Of a stretch of DNA of 60,830 bases, positions 55,834 to 60,830 are shown piece by piece (the stretch's first letter is position 1; every line of letters begins with the position of its first letter). The stretch is from Candidatus Moraniibacteriota bacterium. GTDB taxonomy: Bacteria; Patescibacteriota; Minisyncoccia; Moranbacterales; GCA-2747515. The notes under the pieces were generated by a model. That model was not told where the DNA came from, did not search any database, and was given only the letters and a program-made list of their open reading frames with translations. Made by a program: the position numbers and the translations under genes. The stretch is from NCBI GenBank assembly GCA_002747515.1, contig PDPP01000019.1, positions 1 to 60,830 of the forward strand. Reading direction: 5' to 3'.

Positions 55834-56739
55834 ATGATACGATTATATACATTCTTAATATTTAGTGCAATCATTGTGGTTTTAGGATATATTCTGTTTA
55901 TCTTACCACGTCATGATTATATTTCTCAAACGCGGCTTCTAATTATACCACAAAATGCCGTTGTTGCAGCGCACACAGATAATGTCATGAATAATATGGC
56001 ACTAATTGCAGAGGAAGCTGCAAATGATAATGATGTAGTAAAACGCTATAATGCACGTGTTGAAGTGCATCATTTAGAAAAACATAGCGTGTTGTCTATC
56101 TCTGTTTTTTCACATACAGTTGCTGATTCTGCAAATTTACAAAAAACTGTTTTGAGAGATATTTTGAAAGAAATTAATCAGAGTTATTCATTGACTAGTG
56201 ATGTGTCTATCACAGTTTTGTCACAGCAAAATATGCCAGCAGAAAAGACATTAAGTGCAGTGTTTGCTCCATATATATTAATATTTTTCATATTAGTAGG
56301 AATTGTGGCGGGAGTATTTGCAATATTTTATATTGTTGATTGCATGCGGGAAGAAAAAGAGTATAATGAAGTAATTGATGGGAAAAAGATTTTTGAGAGA
56401 TATAATGATGTTGGACAGAAAAATGATGTGCATATCATCGAGCAAGATAAGAAAGATATGATTAAAGAAGGTGTTATTGATGAAGTGAAGGTAAGAGAAA
56501 AAAACAAAGTGATAAAAGAAGATATCCAAAAAGAAAAGTATAGTAACCCACAAAAAGAAGATGCAATACCAAGTGGACTGCCGACGACACCAGGGAATTT
56601 GCCTGTTGTTGATGTAAATGTTCTTGGTTTTTCACAAGATAAAAATACAAATGACGCAAAAGAGATTGAAAATAATAAAGAACCAACCGAGGAGGAGTTA
56701 AAAGCTCGGTTGAATGAGCTTTTAAGTGGTAAATTATAA
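55834..56739 (+). CDS. bitopic membrane protein, possibly a Wzz-like chain-length regulator
   Basis: 301 aa. Helix 1 is at the N-terminus and helix 2 (YILIFFILVGIVAGVFAIFYIV) lies about 150 aa later, which is the PCP/Wzz topology. K/E-rich tail. The function is inferred from topology and context only. Confidence 0.4.
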   Translation: MIRLYTFLIFSAIIVVLGYILFILPRHDYISQTRLLIIPQNAVVAAHTDNVMNNMALIAEEAANDNDVVKRYNARVEVHHLEKHSVLSISVFSHTVADSANLQKTVLRDILKEINQSYSLTSDVSITVLSQQNMPAEKTLSAVFAPYILIFFILVGIVAGVFAIFYIVDCMREEKEYNEVIDGKKIFERYNDVGQKNDVHIIEQDKKDMIKEGVIDEVKVREKNKVIKEDIQKEKYSNPQKEDAIPSGLPTTPGNLPVVDVNVLGFSQDKNTNDAKEIENNKEPTEEELKARLNELLSGKL

Positions 56740-56742
56740 CAA

Positions 56743-58125
56743 ATGGTAAAGAAAACTTCGACTAAAACAATGGTGATTTTTTTAGTTATTACGATTTTTT
56801 TGTTTATCGTAGGATATTTTGTCTTTCAATGGAAAAATGATCCTAGACGACTTGTAAATATTGCATATAATGTGTCTCGTGTTTTTCCTTTGGGCGATAA
56901 ACATAATACTGCAATTGAAATTGTACATTATTTTATGCAAAAGGATGACGTTGAGAGAAATTATTTGATTTTACTTCAAAACAACATGGAGCTGAGGCCA
57001 GGTGGTGGATATATTGGTTCATTTGCAATTGTAAAAGTAAAAAATGGTGAAGTAATCGATAGTGCTGTACATGATACAGCAAACTTTGATGGGCGTATAC
57101 CTGATAAGATTGATCCACCATATCCAATAAAAGAGGTTCTGAATGTTCCGTCATGGAAACTTCGCGATAGTAACTGGTTGCCTGATTTTCCATCAAATGC
57201 ACGTGTAGTTGAAAACTTTTATAAGCTCGGTGGTGGGAAAGATGAATTTGATGGCGTATTTGCAGTTAATGCAACGATTCTTGACACGATCTTGGATATT
57301 ACTGGTCCGATAAAACTGGATGGTTATCCAGATACCTATAAAAGTGGTGATGCAATTATCACTCTTGAATATCAAGTTGAGCGAGGTTATGTGAAGCAGG
57401 GAATTGCAAAAGGAGATCGAAAGGTTGTGATGAATGATTTGGCAGATGAGATTATTGCGCGTGTAAAAGATTTTTCATTGACTGAAAAATTGTCGATTGT
57501 TGATGATATTTTGCATATTTTCGAAAATAAGGATATACAGATGTATTTTAAAGATGAGCGTATGGCACAGTTGGTTGATGCTATTGGATGGAGTGGTGCA
57601 GTTGATCAAGTGTGGGATAAAGATTATCTTATGGTGGTTGATGCAAATCTTGCATCATACAAAACAGATAATGTTATGAAGCGTTCAATTAATTATGATA
57701 TTGATTTGTCTGGTACGATTCCACAGGCAATACTTACAGTGCATTATGAAAACACTGCAAAAAAAAGAGATTGGATGACATATGACTATCAAACATATCT
57801 TCGGGTGTATGTTCCAGAGGGTGTATGGTTTACAAGTATTGAAGGTTGCGTGTTGGACCCACAGTATGGCACAAAGCATGGAAAAAAATATATTGGGTGT
57901 CTTGTGCACACACAACTTGGGACACAAAAGGATGTGGTCGTGCATTATAATCTTCCAATGAATCTCAAAAATAAATATCCATATAATCTTAAGATCCAAA
58001 AGCAATCAGGTGTACATAATGTGCCAGTGAGTGTTTCTGTAAAAAATCCTAGTCCAGATTTGTTGCAAAAATATGATTTTGTGATGGATTCAGATATAAT
58101 TTTATCTGAAATTAAGCAGAAATAA
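56743..58125 (+). CDS. DUF4012-domain protein
   Basis: N-terminal anchor, then YLILLQNNMELRPGGGYIGSFAIVKVKNGEV, the DUF4012 signature as I recall it. 460 aa. Confidence 0.68.
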   Translation: MVKKTSTKTMVIFLVITIFLFIVGYFVFQWKNDPRRLVNIAYNVSRVFPLGDKHNTAIEIVHYFMQKDDVERNYLILLQNNMELRPGGGYIGSFAIVKVKNGEVIDSAVHDTANFDGRIPDKIDPPYPIKEVLNVPSWKLRDSNWLPDFPSNARVVENFYKLGGGKDEFDGVFAVNATILDTILDITGPIKLDGYPDTYKSGDAIITLEYQVERGYVKQGIAKGDRKVVMNDLADEIIARVKDFSLTEKLSIVDDILHIFENKDIQMYFKDERMAQLVDAIGWSGAVDQVWDKDYLMVVDANLASYKTDNVMKRSINYDIDLSGTIPQAILTVHYENTAKKRDWMTYDYQTYLRVYVPEGVWFTSIEGCVLDPQYGTKHGKKYIGCLVHTQLGTQKDVVVHYNLPMNLKNKYPYNLKIQKQSGVHNVPVSVSVKNPSPDLLQKYDFVMDSDIILSEIKQK

Positions 58126-58206
58126 AAACAACATGCATGGGGTTGTGTATGTGAAATTTTTCAAATACTTTTTGTGTTATTATAAATATAAAATTTATTA
58201 TTTTTT

Positions 58207-58770
58207 ATGAATGTTACACAGACGAAAATTGATGGACCTTTAATTATTGAGCCACGCGTGTTTGGAGATAGGCGAGGATTTTTTATCGAGACATATAATG
58301 TCAATCGGTATAAAGAAATAGGAATTGATGTAGATTTTATGCAAGATAATCTTTCTGCATCAGTCAAAGGTGTGCTTAGAGGTTTGCATTTCCAAAAACC
58401 GCCATTTGCACAAGGAAAACTTGTGCAAGTGATTAAGGGTGCAGTTTTAGATGTTGCAGTGGATATTCGTACTGGATCAGATACATATGGTCAGTGGGAA
58501 AGTGTTTTGCTAACAGAAAAAAATAAAAAACAGTTTTGGATTCCAGAAGGGTTTGCACATGGTTTTGTTGCGCTTGAAGATGATACAATTTTTAGTTATA
58601 AATGTACAAATGTATACGCACCAGAATGTGACGGAGGTATCATGTGGAATGATCCAATGGTGAATGTTGATTGGCAATTGGAAAAATACGGTATTAAAGA
58701 GCCAATTATTTCAGAAAAGGACAAGAAAAATATTGCATTTAAAGAACTTGATGCTATTTTTTATACATAG
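58207..58770 (+). CDS. rfbC: dTDP-4-dehydrorhamnose 3,5-epimerase
   Basis: IEPRVFGDRRGFF.E, RGLHFQ and GKLVQVIKGAVLDVAVDIR..S.TYGQW. 187 aa. Confidence 0.93.
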   Translation: MNVTQTKIDGPLIIEPRVFGDRRGFFIETYNVNRYKEIGIDVDFMQDNLSASVKGVLRGLHFQKPPFAQGKLVQVIKGAVLDVAVDIRTGSDTYGQWESVLLTEKNKKQFWIPEGFAHGFVALEDDTIFSYKCTNVYAPECDGGIMWNDPMVNVDWQLEKYGIKEPIISEKDKKNIAFKELDAIFYT

Positions 58771-58900
58771 AAGGTATTGCGTAACTAGGAAAATGTGTTA
58801 TATTTCTAATATTATCTTTACACAAAAAGCACGCGATAAATTCACGTGTTTTTTTGTTGGCAATAAAGCGGATTTTGTGCAATAATATGTTTTCACATAA

Positions 58901-59980
58901 GTGGATTATGTAAATTATATGGAATATTTTTACAATTTTAATTATAATCGTTTTTTAGAGCTTATCATCATTATTTGTGGAACAATTGTTGTTGCACAAG
59001 TTGTGACTTTTTTTCTTGTGTTTATTAGTAAACACATTGCCAAAAGAACAAAAACGCATGTTGATGATGAAATCATTGATTCTTTTAGAAATCCTGTTTT
59101 TTATACAATTGTGCTTTCGGGTGTATATTTTTTATTACGCACGTTGTTTTTTGGGGATGTGATTTTTGATGTAACATTGCCGCTATTTCGCACTACATTG
59201 ATTTTAATTTGGGCATTATTTTTTACTAAGCTTGTTAAAATTCTTTTATATTTTTTTCGCGATATAGAAAAAGTGAAATTTGTCACTATGCAGACAATTC
59301 CGCTTTTTACAAACATGAGCGTTGTGCTGATATGGACGATTGCATTGTATGTAGTATTTGTTGTATGGAATATTGATATGACGGCGTGGCTTGCATCAGC
59401 TGGAGTGGCAGGTATAGCAATTGGATTTGCAGCAAAAGATACTTTGGCAAATCTAATTTCGGGGATGTTTATACTTACTGATGCACCGTTTAAAATTGGA
59501 GATTATATATTGTTGGATAATGGTAGTCGAGGCAAGGTGACAAACATTGGCATGCGTACAACACGCATCAGAACAATGGATGACACAGAAGTGACAATTC
59601 CAAATGCTGTAATCGGAAATGCAACGCTGACAAATGAGTCAGGCGGCGAAGCAGGGAAGGTATTTCGTGTAAAAGTCCCTTTTGGTGTAGCATATGGCAC
59701 AGATGTGGATCAGGTAGAAAAAATCGTATATGACATCGCAATAAAAAATGAAAATGTACTCACAGAACCAGAACCTCGTATACGTTTTCGTCTTTTTGGA
59801 GCATCAAGTCTTGATTTTGAATTATTAGTTTGGGTAAAAAGCTCTTCAAAAAAAGGCATTGCAATTCATACACTTAATCATGCAATTTATAAAGAATTCA
59901 ATAAACACAACATTGAAATTCCCTATACAAAACAAGATTTGTATATCAAAGAATTACCACATAGATTACATAAACAATAA
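58901..59980 (+). CDS. mechanosensitive ion channel (MscS family)
   Basis: GVAGIAIGFAAKDTLANLISGMFILTDAPFKIGDYI..G.VTNIGMRTTRIRT.D..EVTIPN. The start is uncertain (GTG 58901 or ATG 58919). Confidence 0.87.
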   Translation: MDYVNYMEYFYNFNYNRFLELIIIICGTIVVAQVVTFFLVFISKHIAKRTKTHVDDEIIDSFRNPVFYTIVLSGVYFLLRTLFFGDVIFDVTLPLFRTTLILIWALFFTKLVKILLYFFRDIEKVKFVTMQTIPLFTNMSVVLIWTIALYVVFVVWNIDMTAWLASAGVAGIAIGFAAKDTLANLISGMFILTDAPFKIGDYILLDNGSRGKVTNIGMRTTRIRTMDDTEVTIPNAVIGNATLTNESGGEAGKVFRVKVPFGVAYGTDVDQVEKIVYDIAIKNENVLTEPEPRIRFRLFGASSLDFELLVWVKSSSKKGIAIHTLNHAIYKEFNKHNIEIPYTKQDLYIKELPHRLHKQ

Positions 59981-59991
59981 GATACAAAAAT

Positions 59992-60597
59992 ATGTCACAC
60001 AAAAAACACATCATTACAATATGCATCATTCTATTAGCCATAACAACAATTGGTGTGTTTTGGTATATACAAAAACACGCTGTCATTCCCGTGAAGATGG
60101 GAATCCAGGAGCATTTGCAAGATGAAACAGAAAATACAAATAAAAAAATATTATATAACAACGATGAAAAAATTGACACATCAAATTGGCAAACGTATAG
60201 GAATGAGAAATATGGGTTTGAAATAAAGTATCCAAAAGAATTAAGTAAAGTAAAAAAATATGATTCTGGTGAATTTTCAGATAGTGTGTTTACAATACAT
60301 TTTACAAAAGATATTGGTGGAATTTTGGTAAAAGTCCAGAATCAACCTTTTAATATAAATAAAGTTATAGGAATTCATGGAACTTTAATAAATAAAAAAA
60401 CTATCTCAGAAAAAGAATATAATAATATAAAAATGTATTCATACAAAACTGGAGATGCTGGGTGTGAATCGGATATATTTCACATCCCTAATAAGGATAT
60501 TACTTTAGTTGTCAACATCGGCGGTTGTACGGGTAGTGCTGTTTTAGCGGATCCGATTAAAGAAAAAGTTCTTCAAAATATCATTTTATTTAGATAG
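59992..60597 (+). CDS. hypothetical membrane-anchored exported protein
   Basis: 201 aa. One N-terminal helix, then WQTYRNEKYGFEIKYP. A palindromic element is embedded in frame (AVIPVKMGIQ). Confidence 0.6.
   Translation: MSHKKHIITICIILLAITTIGVFWYIQKHAVIPVKMGIQEHLQDETENTNKKILYNNDEKIDTSNWQTYRNEKYGFEIKYPKELSKVKKYDSGEFSDSVFTIHFTKDIGGILVKVQNQPFNINKVIGIHGTLINKKTISEKEYNNIKMYSYKTGDAGCESDIFHIPNKDITLVVNIGGCTGSAVLADPIKEKVLQNIILFR
60081..60106. repeat. REP-like hairpin element (GTCATTCC..GGAATC type) inside a CDS
   Basis: In tgtcattcccgtgaagatgggaatcc, attccc (60085-60090) pairs with gggaat (60099-60104). The terminal motifs are the same as in the right arm at 14219-14258. Confidence 0.6.
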
Positions 60598-60830
60598 TTT
60601 TTTGCAATGATTACTATAAAAAAGTAGTAATTTTGTAGGAAATTACAGGGATTTTCTATCAGGCACCTTAATTTTAAATATCTACAATCAGGAGTGAAAA
60701 ATGAGAAAAAATAATCATGACGAGCATCCTCCCAGAATATCGCACCGCACATATCACACCTACAAGAAAAGTACGACAAATTCTCGAAACGATTTCTGTT
60801 GAAGAAAGTAATACCCGGTAGTTTTTATGT

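Noticed and set aside
1-60830. Search by eye for CRISPR repeats, tRNA/rRNA genes, transposases, integrases, reverse transcriptases (DGR/retron) and recognisable defence-system genes.
   Set aside because: None found. There are no regularly spaced direct repeats and no tRNA-like cloverleaf or T-loop context. The only GGTTCG-like string (about 10670) sits in a hairpin loop of the 10.6-kb leader and lacks acceptor or anticodon arms.
60573-60830. Minus-strand ORF 60573..60779 and two short plus-strand ORFs starting at 60700 and 60717 near the window edge.
   Set aside because: The minus ORF overlaps the end of 59992..60597 and has no RBS or recognisable motif. The plus ORFs terminate after about 33 codons. 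The region is truncated by the window, so no call is justified.

Overview
Gene-dense (about 58 CDS on both strands), AT-rich bacterial window using the standard genetic code: TAA, TAG and TGA all end well-supported genes. I recognised no rRNA, tRNA, CRISPR array, transposase or integrase. Roughly two thirds of the window (301-44228 and 55834-58770) is a cell-envelope glycan super-locus. It holds two nucleotide-sugar dehydrogenases, RfbC, five GT4-type and two GT2 glycosyltransferases, and a Dpm1/ArnC-like polyprenol-phosphate sugar synthase. It also holds a Wzx-type flippase, an O-antigen-ligase/Wzy-like protein, an LCP ligase, DUF4012, an SGNH esterase, five polytopic GT-C (ArnT/PMT-like) membrane glycosyltransferases, and a sixth large membrane protein of possibly the same kind. 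The 44.5-55.5 kb block is housekeeping: groES behind a CIRCE operator, lepB, hisS, HIT, rpsU-yqeY-ybeY-dgkA, ftsA-ftsZ and prmC. The content and style fit a small-genome Patescibacteria/CPR-like organism, but that is inference only. The most unusual observations are these. (1) Three GT-C genes at 8.8-16.1 kb are conspicuously GC-rich and are interleaved with AT-rich modules, next to two very AT-rich GT-C paralogues. (2) A REPIN-like inverted doublet of a GC-rich hairpin element sits at 14089-14258 and shows compensatory substitutions; a related hairpin is inserted in-frame in a CDS at 60081-60106. (3) An orphan DnaG-type zinc-finger gene behind a highly structured leader sits inside the GT-C array. 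(4) A lysine-rich H1-like protein carries an internal duplication differing only at synonymous sites, and HisRS has a similar basic N-terminal tail. (5) There is a membrane-anchored DUF3160/Memo-like pair and a GT-RtcB overlapping gene pair. I could not identify a recognisable defence or mobile system; the GC-mosaic GT-C array is my best candidate for something undescribed.
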